DNA from: a virus
IMG/VR virus record: IMGVR_UViG_3300003690_000002
Location: 1 to 64,000 of that record
Reading direction: 5' to 3' (one strand)
DNA: 64,000 bases
The notes beneath the pieces are model-generated. The model made no database searches. It was not told the origin of the DNA and saw only the letters and a list, made by a program, of their open reading frames with translations. Positions 36,226 through 47,000 of this stretch are shown here, one piece after another; position 1 is the first letter of the stretch, and every line of letters starts with the position of its first letter. The position numbers were made by a program, and so were the translations under genes.

Positions 36226-36233
36226 TAATTAGT
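36226..36233 (-). promoter_or_regulatory. Putative late promoter motif ACTAATTA
   Basis: 23 nt upstream of the 315-aa gene. Confidence 0.5.
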
Positions 36234-36234
36234 A

Positions 36235-39153
36235 TTATATTGTTGTTTTCGTACTACCATCTTCATTTTTTATTATTTCTTTTTGTCTTGTTTTAAAAAT
36301 GAGATTAAAATTTAATTTTCGCCCAGTTGATTTTGATGTAATTATAAATTTAAATTTCTGATCCCACACTTTTTCTCCCGCCACTATTCCAGGCATTATA
36401 GAATCCGGAACAACCCTAATATTTGGCGGCACCCTCTTTGGGGAGTCAACAATGGCGTCGTCAAGTAGGGTTTGACCCAGAGAAGGAAATATTTGAATAT
36501 ATTTTTTCATTGTCTTGGCTGGTTGTGAGTCTTTTCGTCTTTTTTCTTCTTCAAGATCTAAAATCTTCACACTTAAATATGCAGTGTGTGTTGCGCCTGC
36601 TTGGATCGCATCGGGCGGGGGTGAATTATCAACCAATTCAACTTCATATATCACTGTTGGGTTAGAAAAGAATCCATGTGAATCTCTAGTCCTAAATGTA
36701 TAATAATATTTTTTATTTGTTTCTTGAATTATATCTACAGTTGCGTTATACATTGGCGATAAAAGTCTTCCCGTCTCTGCAAAATCTTCATACTCAGTCG
36801 GTTTAATGTCGGTTTTAAAAATTTCAAACCCACCAATAGAGTTGCTTCCCAATATTGGATCGTCTGATTTAAATTTTATTTTCTCTGCTGATTTAAATAG
36901 AAGCCCAGTTTTATCATCATATATGGTACCGCCTTGTTGATTTAATCTTATTTTGTTTATAGCCTCTTCGTCTTCTTTATTTATTATAATTGGCTTAGCG
37001 GACATTTCACCCGTCGTGTCATTAAATGTTATTAATACTCTATCATTTTTGTCTTTATATGGAATCATTGCAACTTCTGGCGTGAGAGGTGGTTTGCTGA
37101 CAATAAGCTTATTATAAAATGAATAATACGGAACTTCAAATATTTTAACAGAAGGTCTTGTTGTAACATTAAAATTCGCAAGATGTGGAGTACCCTTGCT
37201 TTCTCCGTTAACGAAAGATACGTCACCGTACTTATATTCTCTTCCATATACCAATTGAAAAGCCACTATATTATATTTATATGTTTCATTGAACCTTACC
37301 TGCGTATCAATATATCGAAATACATCAACATCGTTCGAATTGGGGATGTAAAAACTCTGTATATGCTGTCCGCCGAGGTCTAATTTATCAATCCTATAAC
37401 ATATTGTTTCAGAAAATGCCTTTTTCTCGCCAAGCATCATCTCTCTATATGATATTCGATGTTCTCTTACTTTTTCTTCTTTTTTGGCTTTGAACATTAT
37501 TGGAAATATTTGTTGAAAAAACTTAATCTTTTCACCACTTTCAGATCCTGGCTCTTTCGTTGGGTCAAGAAAAGTAATAGGTCCTCCTTCTCCCATCGCA
37601 TCAGTAACATCATCCCATGTTGCCGGTCCGCCTAACCACATCAACCAGTCATCAAAATCCCAATATGTTCTAGTGTCCCCTTTGCTTAGGGTAAGCTCGT
37701 TTGCAAGCTTGGTCGTCGAGGTAGTTTCACTTCCGTATGATTCGATTGTTTGTAGTGTTTCTGTGTTTTGTTCCCCGTCTTGTGGTGCATTTGTGCTCGT
37801 ATAAGCAATAAATGTGTCCGTGGCAACATCGTATTCTCCTTTTTGTATAAAAGGTCGTTTAATTAATGAAGTGGTGTCCATTGTGCCGATGAACCCTGTT
37901 GACCATGGCGTGAGATGTTTTGGATATAGCGTTAAATAAGTAGTTAATAATTTACTCAACCCTGTCTTTTTAATAAGATCAGAAAATTCATTCGCACCTG
38001 TTGAAAACTCAATATCAACATACATAGGAAAACTTCCTCTGGTGTCAATATAATCTGTTAAAAGATTAATATCTGTTAATGTAAAACAAATATTCGTAAA
38101 TGAATTCGATATGTTCTCATATTCTGGTTTTAACTTTTGACCCAGATGAGATATTATAGTTAATCCATTTGGTTGAGTGTTTCCTTTCATTGTCTCTATA
38201 AGCAGTTTATGAACTATTGGCCATTTCTTAAAATAGTGATTAAAATTTAAATTTCTTGTTGCAACTGCGTCGATAACTTCGCCAGTTTCAGGCTTAGTAA
38301 CAGGTTCTATTTTTATATCTGAAAGACCAGACGAACCACCAATACCAGTGTCAACCTCTAAATTAAACAATGTTGTATGCTTCCAGAGGTTTTGTTGATA
38401 AATTGTCCATTTTGGATTGCCAATTTTAATTGTTTCTGTGTTTGGACCGGTATCGTTGATGGAGACAGTAGTGCTGAATATTTTTTCTTTGTCTGGCATG
38501 AGTTCTTGAGCCATTATTGCATATAGATTTGGTAACCATTTGACTGATATCTGGTTAGAATTAATATACTGTTCATAAAAAAGCGCCGTATGGTTATAAA
38601 CTGCTTCACATTTTGCATATATGGGTCTTCCTGGTAAATCTGTGTATCTATTAATTTCGCTAATAGAATATGGTACAGGAATTTCAATTGTATGGTCAGC
38701 AAACCACTGATTTGTTGCCACATCTGCATTAACAAATGCCTTAAACTGTTCAAAAGTTGGATGTTCGTGTTGAAGTCCAAGTTCTGCACTAAATAACTTC
38801 ATTGATTTTAATGTTACTTCTGCTGATCCAATGTTTGTTTCATGATTCCATGTATCTTGAGTGATCTCATCAGCTTTAGAAAAATCTACATTATATCCTT
38901 TGCTTTGACCGGTGGCACCTCCCTGCTCAGTTCCTGCTGTGTTTTTGGCAGCAGGGTCGGTATTTCCCCATTTATAATCAGATGGTCCCGTGCCGTTATT
39001 ATATATAAAATAACAAAAGCCATTATTATATCGAAATCTATCCCTGACTACATCACCTTGAGGGTTAAGAACTGTGTTCGCGTTCTTACCCCCTGTCGAG
39101 GTGAAGAGTTCAACTAATAAATTTTCTGGTGAGAAAATTACCGTTTTAGACAT
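36235..39153 (-). CDS. Large hypothetical protein with FN3-like signatures, probable virion protein
   Basis: 972 aa; FRYIDTQVRFNETYKYNIVA and NKKYYYTFRTRD...FSNP resemble fibronectin type III strand patterns. Confidence 0.55.
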   Translation of the reverse strand: MSKTVIFSPENLLVELFTSTGGKNANTVLNPQGDVVRDRFRYNNGFCYFIYNNGTGPSDYKWGNTDPAAKNTAGTEQGGATGQSKGYNVDFSKADEITQDTWNHETNIGSAEVTLKSMKLFSAELGLQHEHPTFEQFKAFVNADVATNQWFADHTIEIPVPYSISEINRYTDLPGRPIYAKCEAVYNHTALFYEQYINSNQISVKWLPNLYAIMAQELMPDKEKIFSTTVSINDTGPNTETIKIGNPKWTIYQQNLWKHTTLFNLEVDTGIGGSSGLSDIKIEPVTKPETGEVIDAVATRNLNFNHYFKKWPIVHKLLIETMKGNTQPNGLTIISHLGQKLKPEYENISNSFTNICFTLTDINLLTDYIDTRGSFPMYVDIEFSTGANEFSDLIKKTGLSKLLTTYLTLYPKHLTPWSTGFIGTMDTTSLIKRPFIQKGEYDVATDTFIAYTSTNAPQDGEQNTETLQTIESYGSETTSTTKLANELTLSKGDTRTYWDFDDWLMWLGGPATWDDVTDAMGEGGPITFLDPTKEPGSESGEKIKFFQQIFPIMFKAKKEEKVREHRISYREMMLGEKKAFSETICYRIDKLDLGGQHIQSFYIPNSNDVDVFRYIDTQVRFNETYKYNIVAFQLVYGREYKYGDVSFVNGESKGTPHLANFNVTTRPSVKIFEVPYYSFYNKLIVSKPPLTPEVAMIPYKDKNDRVLITFNDTTGEMSAKPIIINKEDEEAINKIRLNQQGGTIYDDKTGLLFKSAEKIKFKSDDPILGSNSIGGFEIFKTDIKPTEYEDFAETGRLLSPMYNATVDIIQETNKKYYYTFRTRDSHGFFSNPTVIYEVELVDNSPPPDAIQAGATHTAYLSVKILDLEEEKRRKDSQPAKTMKKYIQIFPSLGQTLLDDAIVDSPKRVPPNIRVVPDSIMPGIVAGEKVWDQKFKFIITSKSTGRKLNFNLIFKTRQKEIIKNEDGSTKTTI

Positions 39154-39167
39154 ATATTAACACTCCT

Positions 39168-42100
39168 TTAACCATATGTGCCACCACCGCCACCGCCACC
39201 CATCGTGCCTGCTCCACCACCGACAGTGCCCACAGTCTGCCCAGAGGCTACAGTGACTGCCGTTGTACTATATTCAATTTGCGATCCATCTATTAAGTCT
39301 GTAAATTCCTTAATCTGGGCAGTTATCTTCGTCATCATGCTTTCAAACGCCACGCTCTTAGAGCCAGCCATGCCTGTCATCACGGTCTCAAGAATAAATA
39401 TTTCATTAAAAGTTGGCAAGTCCAGACTTTTAGAATTTGTTGACATCGGAGGTGGTAATAAGTTATTAATATATTGTTTCAATCTGCAGACCATAATATT
39501 TCCGCTGTTATTTTCAAATTCTTGGAAATTTAAAGGCACCCAAACTGGTCGTTGGAGAGATCTTCCATTTGTTGTTTTCGCAAAACCAGTCAAGACCTCT
39601 ACTCTCATTATTCTTCCATAGTTAAAATAAAACGCACCAGCGAGCGAAGCGTGCTGCATTGGATCTGGTGGGGGGTTCACGTGTGGAGAGTCCTGGGGCG
39701 ACATATTATCAAGCTTTAACCGTTGTGTGATTTTTGAATCCTCTTCCAACCCTGATGAAAACCAATTATAATTGACGCTTTCGGGATCCGTACTTGATAA
39801 AAATAATGATTTAAGCTGATTTGGTAAATTTATTATAAAATTATTTAAAAATCTATTGGGGGGTACTGTACTAGAAAAAGGCTCTATATCCGCTGTATCA
39901 CTTGATGGTGGCAGTTTTGCTTTAATTGCTGTCAATATATTGTTTGTACTGTTTAAATTAAATTGTTGAATTGTTGCTATAGCTGGTGATTGGAATTTAT
40001 TTCCTAATGCTAATGGAGTGGCTGAGAATTCTGTACCAAATATTTTATCTTTTTGGAGCGTCAATAGCAACGAGTTTGGATTAGAATCTTCTTCTTTGGA
40101 TTTTTGCGAGTCTAAATTTAAGTCATCAAATTCATCTAATATAAAATCTTCTTGTAAAAACTTTGATTCTTTTCCTACATATTCACCTACACCTATCTTT
40201 TGATTGTTTGTTACCAGAAAATCATCTATAATAGCAAAAGAATTTGCAATTTTTGTAACTGGAGTTATCATCATGTTTTCATCTGCACTCATTGCGACTA
40301 AAGGTGCTTTTATGTTTTGTTGGTCTGTGGTTAATTTAGATTTTGAACTAAGTCCGAAATTTGGAATTGGTATTTGTGGAGACTTTTTTAGTGAATTATA
40401 GATCATAATTTTAGTTACAAGTTTTGAATAAACATCTGGGTCAAAAGCTTCTTTGCCGGATGGAACATCAACAATTTCATGCGGATCATCAAAAGATGGT
40501 AACGATACAGCAATTGGAGATAAATATGTTAAAGCTGTATTATTAAGACTATCATTTAATGAAGTAATATTTTCTGGGTGTGCTGCTAATGATGGATCAA
40601 CCTTATAATTTTTAAAATATTTTAAAACTTCTTTAGTTACTCTTTTAAAATATTGTGAGGCAGTATATGTAACAAGTCCACTACTCGCAAGACCATGGTT
40701 GGCGCCGCCGCCGCCTTGAAACATAGACCCAAAATAATTATATCCAGCTTGACTTCCGGCAACGTTAAGATTAGATTTAAAAATTGTTGGAAATGTTTTT
40801 TCAATTTTAAAAATTCTTCGGGGTGATTTGACCATTGTGCCAGAACTAGTCTTTCCGGTACGCTTAAATGTTGAAGTGGTTGATGCTTCATCCCCAATTT
40901 GATCTTCTAGGACTTTTAAAACTTTTGCCATTAGGTTTTCAAATAAAAGTAATGTTTCTATAGTCGCCGTCTTGGGATGTGCCATTAACCAAAAAATATT
41001 TAAAAGCGGGGAGAGGGCGCCCTCCACGCCGGGGGGGACGCCAAAAACATATTCCATTGTTGAATGTAATGTAGCTACTGCTGTCATGGCGCGTGCTGCG
41101 TAAGAGTTTACACCCACTCCGGCAGCTCTTTTAATAAAATCTTGAGTAAAAGTGTTTGTTTTATAATCATAGTTGCCCCCCGACATTTTGATAGTTGCAT
41201 CATGAAAAGATTCCTCTTCGATTTTCTTTGAATATTCCCAATCTTCTATGTGTGGACTTTGTAATGTGTTTTTTAATTGTTCAGTTGTTTGCCGAAAAGA
41301 TGGTATTTTTGCTTCTTCTATTAAACTTTTCCAACCGCTGTATGCATCTCGCAACTCCATTAGTTGTTCACTTAACCATTGAATAGACCCATCTTGCATT
41401 TCTAATTCAACTATATATTGATAATTGCTCTCTCCTCCATTTTTTGCAGAAGAATCAATTCCTTGAAAATAAATAATTTGATCAGTAGTGGTGGGAGACG
41501 AAAATGTCATATCAAATGAAAGATTATCTACAGAGATTAAAGGTTGCTCTGGTGGAGTTTTTTCCACATCTGGATTAAGTAGCGCTATAAGCTCTGGTAT
41601 TTGATTTTTATCGAGAGAGTATGCGCCAGATTTATTAACAGCTTGTGTAAGTTCGTTTTCTGTAACTTCTTCTCTAACTTTCTTTCTAAACAATTTTATA
41701 TCTATTATATGAGATTGTCCCATTATACTAGCCGCCACGGCATTGTTAATATCTAAAAATTTTGGATATCTCATATGGTCTCTCATAATATTATAAATGT
41801 CTATTCCAAAAAAGAATCTACAATTACCATTTTGATCTTTTGACGAAAAGAAATCTGTAAAATAATTATTTTTTAATACCTTATGACAAGGAGATGGATT
41901 GCGAATCGCAACATCAGGATTACTAAGTTCTTTTTCAAGTATTGTTTTAATTTGATCAAATTTAATAGTTTTATTAAATATTTTATTTAAAGATCTCATA
42001 TCTTGGATTTTAAAATTTGGAGTTTTCTTTGCTATCAAAGATTCTTCTGTCCCAGGGGTAGAAGTAGAATCTGCACTAGTCATCCATTTCCCAGATGGCA

Positions 42101-43052
42101 GTTGATGGACCTGCCCTGTCCATATTCTACCAACACTATCATAAAAAGTTGTAGAGAAAGGGTTAACCTTCCCATCGCTAATAACAACCTCAGAAGATAT
42201 TTTTCCATTAATAGCTTTAACATTCTGTGGTCCGCTATTCATAAAGCTTAATTGTAAATCATATAACTCTGCTAAATCTGAAAAGTCTATGAAGGCAAAA
42301 ACAAAATATGACAAATGAGAGGTGCTACTTGATATCGAACTTAATGGTGCGTTTGTCCATTCGAATAATATATGTTGAAACTTATTCCCGTCGTCATCAT
42401 ATTCAATTATGCCTTTAAAAGCATCTGGTTTTTTTTCATCAGGTTCTTCTTCGAGCCTATCTCTCAAAAGAAATCTCTCTTCTTGTAACATACCGATGGG
42501 TCCTGAATACATAATTTCCATATACTCGTCACTACCTATAATCAAACTTCCTGCTAATATTTTTTGTGTGGTTTCAGCAGAAGTACATTGAACTACTCTT
42601 ATTTTTAAAAAATCAAGCAGTCCGTGCCCGTCGCCTAATAATACATTTGAAAGCCATGAAGCTGCAGAGTTTCCATTCATTTTTTCTTTTAAAGATATTT
42701 GAAGCGTTGTTCCTATATCTTCTGTATTATAGAGCGCTGGATTGTCGGAAATAAAAGTTTCCATAGCTTTATTCTCGCCCATGCTTAAAACACCTTTTTT
42801 GTGCAATAGTTTATAAGCTTCGTCTGCAAATTTATTTATAGTTTCATCTGCTGATATTGTAATGCCTTCATTCGCGATGCCCCCCATATTAAAACCCCCC
42901 ACTGTTTTGTTGCGTATATGGGGATTGTTTGCGGACGATTGAGGAGATTTTGCAAATGTAGAAGATTGACTAGTCGTTTCTAATATAATCTTTTTTATAT
43001 TAACATCAGGGGTAAAATCACCTAAAAAACTTTTTTGATTAATAGCAACCAT
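39168..43052 (-). CDS. Large hypothetical protein, probable virion protein
   Basis: About 1294 aa; the ATG at 43052 overlaps the upstream TAA (TAATG) and is the likelier start than 43061; poly-Gly C-terminus. Confidence 0.7.
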   Translation of the reverse strand: MVAINQKSFLGDFTPDVNIKKIILETTSQSSTFAKSPQSSANNPHIRNKTVGGFNMGGIANEGITISADETINKFADEAYKLLHKKGVLSMGENKAMETFISDNPALYNTEDIGTTLQISLKEKMNGNSAASWLSNVLLGDGHGLLDFLKIRVVQCTSAETTQKILAGSLIIGSDEYMEIMYSGPIGMLQEERFLLRDRLEEEPDEKKPDAFKGIIEYDDDGNKFQHILFEWTNAPLSSISSSTSHLSYFVFAFIDFSDLAELYDLQLSFMNSGPQNVKAINGKISSEVVISDGKVNPFSTTFYDSVGRIWTGQVHQLPSGKWMTSADSTSTPGTEESLIAKKTPNFKIQDMRSLNKIFNKTIKFDQIKTILEKELSNPDVAIRNPSPCHKVLKNNYFTDFFSSKDQNGNCRFFFGIDIYNIMRDHMRYPKFLDINNAVAASIMGQSHIIDIKLFRKKVREEVTENELTQAVNKSGAYSLDKNQIPELIALLNPDVEKTPPEQPLISVDNLSFDMTFSSPTTTDQIIYFQGIDSSAKNGGESNYQYIVELEMQDGSIQWLSEQLMELRDAYSGWKSLIEEAKIPSFRQTTEQLKNTLQSPHIEDWEYSKKIEEESFHDATIKMSGGNYDYKTNTFTQDFIKRAAGVGVNSYAARAMTAVATLHSTMEYVFGVPPGVEGALSPLLNIFWLMAHPKTATIETLLLFENLMAKVLKVLEDQIGDEASTTSTFKRTGKTSSGTMVKSPRRIFKIEKTFPTIFKSNLNVAGSQAGYNYFGSMFQGGGGANHGLASSGLVTYTASQYFKRVTKEVLKYFKNYKVDPSLAAHPENITSLNDSLNNTALTYLSPIAVSLPSFDDPHEIVDVPSGKEAFDPDVYSKLVTKIMIYNSLKKSPQIPIPNFGLSSKSKLTTDQQNIKAPLVAMSADENMMITPVTKIANSFAIIDDFLVTNNQKIGVGEYVGKESKFLQEDFILDEFDDLNLDSQKSKEEDSNPNSLLLTLQKDKIFGTEFSATPLALGNKFQSPAIATIQQFNLNSTNNILTAIKAKLPPSSDTADIEPFSSTVPPNRFLNNFIINLPNQLKSLFLSSTDPESVNYNWFSSGLEEDSKITQRLKLDNMSPQDSPHVNPPPDPMQHASLAGAFYFNYGRIMRVEVLTGFAKTTNGRSLQRPVWVPLNFQEFENNSGNIMVCRLKQYINNLLPPPMSTNSKSLDLPTFNEIFILETVMTGMAGSKSVAFESMMTKITAQIKEFTDLIDGSQIEYSTTAVTVASGQTVGTVGGGAGTMGGGGGGGTYG

Positions 43053-44068
43053 TAATCGCACTCCCGAATTTGTTCTGGTGGTACAAGTATGTCAGATATC
43101 CCTGCCAGGGTCTCATCAGGGCAATCAAGGATATCATCAATGAAAACGTCCTCAGCACCACGACCTTTGACAGCAGCGCATAAAAACTCTTCATCAATTT
43201 CTTTGTCTACAAAAACATTAAAATAATATTCAACATAATTAGAATCAACGTCCATAAATTCTCCGCCAGCAAAATCATCTATATCTGAAATATATTCTTT
43301 ATCTCTTGCAAAATACAACGGTAATAATATCTCTTTTGTTGTCGCACTACCTGCTCCTTGATTAGATTCAATTATTTGTGTCTCGACTTTGCAAACTTCA
43401 ATTTCAAAATTATCTTTGTCAAACATAACATTTCTTTCATTAATTTGAAGTAACAAAGAATTTCCCTGGATAAAAACACCTGCCATTTCGGCATAAGCTT
43501 CTGGGCTTGAGACTGGAATTTTATCAACACTTTGCTGCCAAGTGTTTGGACTAAAGTCTAAGAATGCCTCTTTATCAACTGTAATATCATAATAAATTGT
43601 TGAATTCAACTGGGGGGTTCTTAAATTAAAGTTCGATCCAGTTGTAAAATTTGCGGATGAAGATAGATCAGCATCTAAATATTCTATAATCCATTGTGGA
43701 TTATATGGATTTCCAAGCTCTGATGTACCCAGCGGTGATGCTAGTGCATAGTGTTTTTCTGCCGTTGGTTGAATCGTAAATATTTCAGATAACTTTTTTT
43801 CATTTGAAAAATAATGTTCATTAGTTTGATGTACTCGGCTCTCGATTGAAGAAAAAACATATTGAGTTTTTGGGCGTAGAGCTTCTTGGATTCGTGGTTT
43901 TGCTTCATTTTGTTCTTCTATGATACCTGTATGTTGGTTATCGTATATAATATCATCATCAAAGAAGGCATAGTATAGAGGCTTAAGTTTGCCCAGTGAT
44001 AATAAATACTTTCCATGTTGAGTTAGCTGTAAATCTATAACGTCTTCTTTTCTATTAAAAAATCCCAT
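43052..44068 (-). CDS. Structural protein, N-terminal paralogue of 35256-36203
   Basis: MGFFNRKEDVIDLQLTQHGKYLLSLGKLKPLYYAFFDDDIIYD. Confidence 0.6.
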   Translation of the reverse strand: MGFFNRKEDVIDLQLTQHGKYLLSLGKLKPLYYAFFDDDIIYDNQHTGIIEEQNEAKPRIQEALRPKTQYVFSSIESRVHQTNEHYFSNEKKLSEIFTIQPTAEKHYALASPLGTSELGNPYNPQWIIEYLDADLSSSANFTTGSNFNLRTPQLNSTIYYDITVDKEAFLDFSPNTWQQSVDKIPVSSPEAYAEMAGVFIQGNSLLLQINERNVMFDKDNFEIEVCKVETQIIESNQGAGSATTKEILLPLYFARDKEYISDIDDFAGGEFMDVDSNYVEYYFNVFVDKEIDEEFLCAAVKGRGAEDVFIDDILDCPDETLAGISDILVPPEQIRECD

Positions 44069-44095
44069 TTATTAATATGTTTCCTATCCCTTGGA

Positions 44096-47000
44096 TCATT
44101 CGTCGTCTTCTTTAATTAGTGTATCTTGAACAGCTTTTTTATCTTCAAGTTGTGACGTTGCGATCTTCGCTGCTTTTGAGCTTGCTATCTGCGCTTCTGT
44201 TGGCGATGTGCTTATTGTAAATGCCTCTTTCGGAACAGTAGATAACGATTCATAAGGACTAACTTGTTCTGTAGTTGATGGAATCGTTACCCTTGCATCT
44301 ATTTTGACTAATTCTACTAACGAAAAATAATCATATGGCCAGTTATAACTATATGGTAATTCACCCTCTATTGTAGAGGTTTTTCCACCCTGTTCAAATT
44401 TAAACTTAAATTTTGCATCATCTTTTGAATCAGATGTTAATTTATAGTAGTTACTTTTTCCTCTTTGCTTAACTTTAAATACCATCCATCTTAACTTACT
44501 TGGCACTCTTCCATCTGTTGATTTATAAAATTCATTTGCCAAAAGTTGGTGATTTACTGTGGCGTGAGCTGTTTTAAATGGGGTTTTTGGATCCATTCCC
44601 ATATCTGGTGGTAAGTTCTGCCACATGTCTGCTAAGTCTTTTTGGGTAAATTTAACTCCAAAATTAAAAAGATACATCGCAATAGGATTTATATCTGGAT
44701 ATGTAAGAAAATCAAACTGGGGAGGGAATACATAATTTTTCATTGAATTGACCATGTGTCGTATAGACACTCCAGGTCTTTTTGCCTCTTCTATATCTTC
44801 AAGTTTGGTTGCACCTACATTAAGTGCTATAGCCTCTTTTATCATAGCTCTATCAAGAGTAAAAAACTTCTTCTCAACGCCTTCTTCAACAAAAGGTATT
44901 GCCACAACAGCTTCCAAAACTGTTTTCATTTCTGCGACTGTACCAAGTTTATATGATTTTTTTGTATCAAATCCGACAAGATCTGCTAAAGATTTATAGT
45001 TCGGGTATACTCCGATATCAGTTGGATCTATAATATCCATAAATACTCCTTTATTGGATCCAGTTGGAATTTGTCCATATTGGTGCCACATTCCTTTGGC
45101 AATCGAAGCAGTGCCATATTGAGGTAAAGTAACAATTGAGCCGCTAAAATCTAATATTGGACATTCCCATTTGGGTTGAATAGCCCATCGTTGGTTATCG
45201 GCAGAAGAAACTGAAGTTATATTTCCATCTGCATCAAATGTGGGGCTTGGCTCATTTGACAATTGGAGAAAATTTAAACACGAATCAGGTTTCATTTCAG
45301 GTGAAGGATCTCCCTTGTGCGCAGCATAGGGCGAGGCAAACGTATTGTGCACATCCGTACCGTTATCCTGAACCCAATAGTGAGACATCCATTTGGTTTC
45401 TTTAATCCGCCATGGGATTATATTGCAATTATTCATAATTTCTGTCAAGGTTAACCTAAGAGGTTTATCGGGCATGCCTTCTATTGGACCGCCGATTGCC
45501 CCTTTTGCTAGCGCGCCGGTTATTGTAAGTGTAAATTTGAGTCTTGATGACCCATTATAATAAGGTGGTGTGTGCGATGAATATGATGCACTAGTAGTCC
45601 CCTGGATGGTTAAGGAATTTGCTGGTCCGATATCGTCGCTGAGCAGCGAACCTACTGCATAAGGTGGTCCGAATGAAGAACCATAACTATCAATACTTGC
45701 TGTTCTTTCATACATTTTTATTGTTGGCGGATTATAAATAAGATTTGATTCGCGTTGTTCGAGATTCTTCAAAGCAACAGATGGTCGCCACGGAGTATAA
45801 TCTGAAAAACCGTCGCCACCGCCGTTGACTATCTCTGAATTTCTAATTGTGCCATGGCTAAGCTCTACATGCATCACATATGTTGCACCAGATACAACAT
45901 TAAAATAGTTTGGATCTTTTTCCGGAGCCGAAAGCGCTGTTGTCAGTTTTCCACCTGCTAAGAAAAAATCTGGGACTGCTGCTAGGAAGTTATGCATTCC
46001 CAATGTATATAATTGATTGTGAGCTGCTTTGATGGAGGCTGTGCTGTCAATATGAGCATGGGGGTGTGGTTCTGCATCAACAATTAAAATTCCGCCATAT
46101 TTACTTGGATCAATTATTGCTTCAAATGGCATTCTATATCGAGGAAGGGTTTTAATTCTCGGTATACCAGCAACAACAACACCGCCCCGATCAGATTCGT
46201 AGCTATCATTTCTTGAACTGCCAGTAGTAACAAAAGAACCAGTATGAACTGGATAATCAACAGACATGCCAGATTTAATACTATTATATAATATCCCAGG
46301 AGCAAAAAATGGCGTAAGTGCAGTTCTAAAACTTTTCTGAGTGCCGCTTAATTCCACCGTTGGACCATATGATTCTGAAAATAAAGTAGCTAATTGAAGC
46401 GTTCTTAAGGCAGGATAAAATCCATCATATGGTAAAAATTTCATGTAAGCCTTGCATTGCAAACCAAGGTAGTGAGGCTCGTCTGAAACGCTAACATGAT
46501 CATCATTTATTTGATCGAAATATTTTAAAAACTCTGTATTACTGTAAGTTGTATAAAAATTAGCCTCGCCGCTACTACTAATAGAAGAGCCTGTCAGCGA
46601 TAAAAATTTTGGATTTTCTGCTCTAAAGTTTCCGCCGTGTTCATTAATATAAAATGGCATATGCTCACTTATTCTAAATTCGGGAATAATTGTATAATCT
46701 TTACCACAGCGTCTCATTTGATCAGCCCATGTATTATAATTTTCTGGGAACGGATCTTTCCCTGCTTGCGCGCCTGCTTCCCAAAGAGTATCATTAGTAA
46801 ATATTTCTGCACGTGCAGATTGAGAGGTATAAACTTCACCAAAAGTTGATGCAATTGGTCTTGCGTAAAGTGCCCCATATGGTTTCGAGGCTGGTGTTGC
46901 CTGCCAATCAGAATCAGAACCAATATTCCCTGAAAAAACTTGATAATTATTTAATAATTCGCCCGCTCCAGTAAACCCACCACTCAAAATATCAGTGGAG

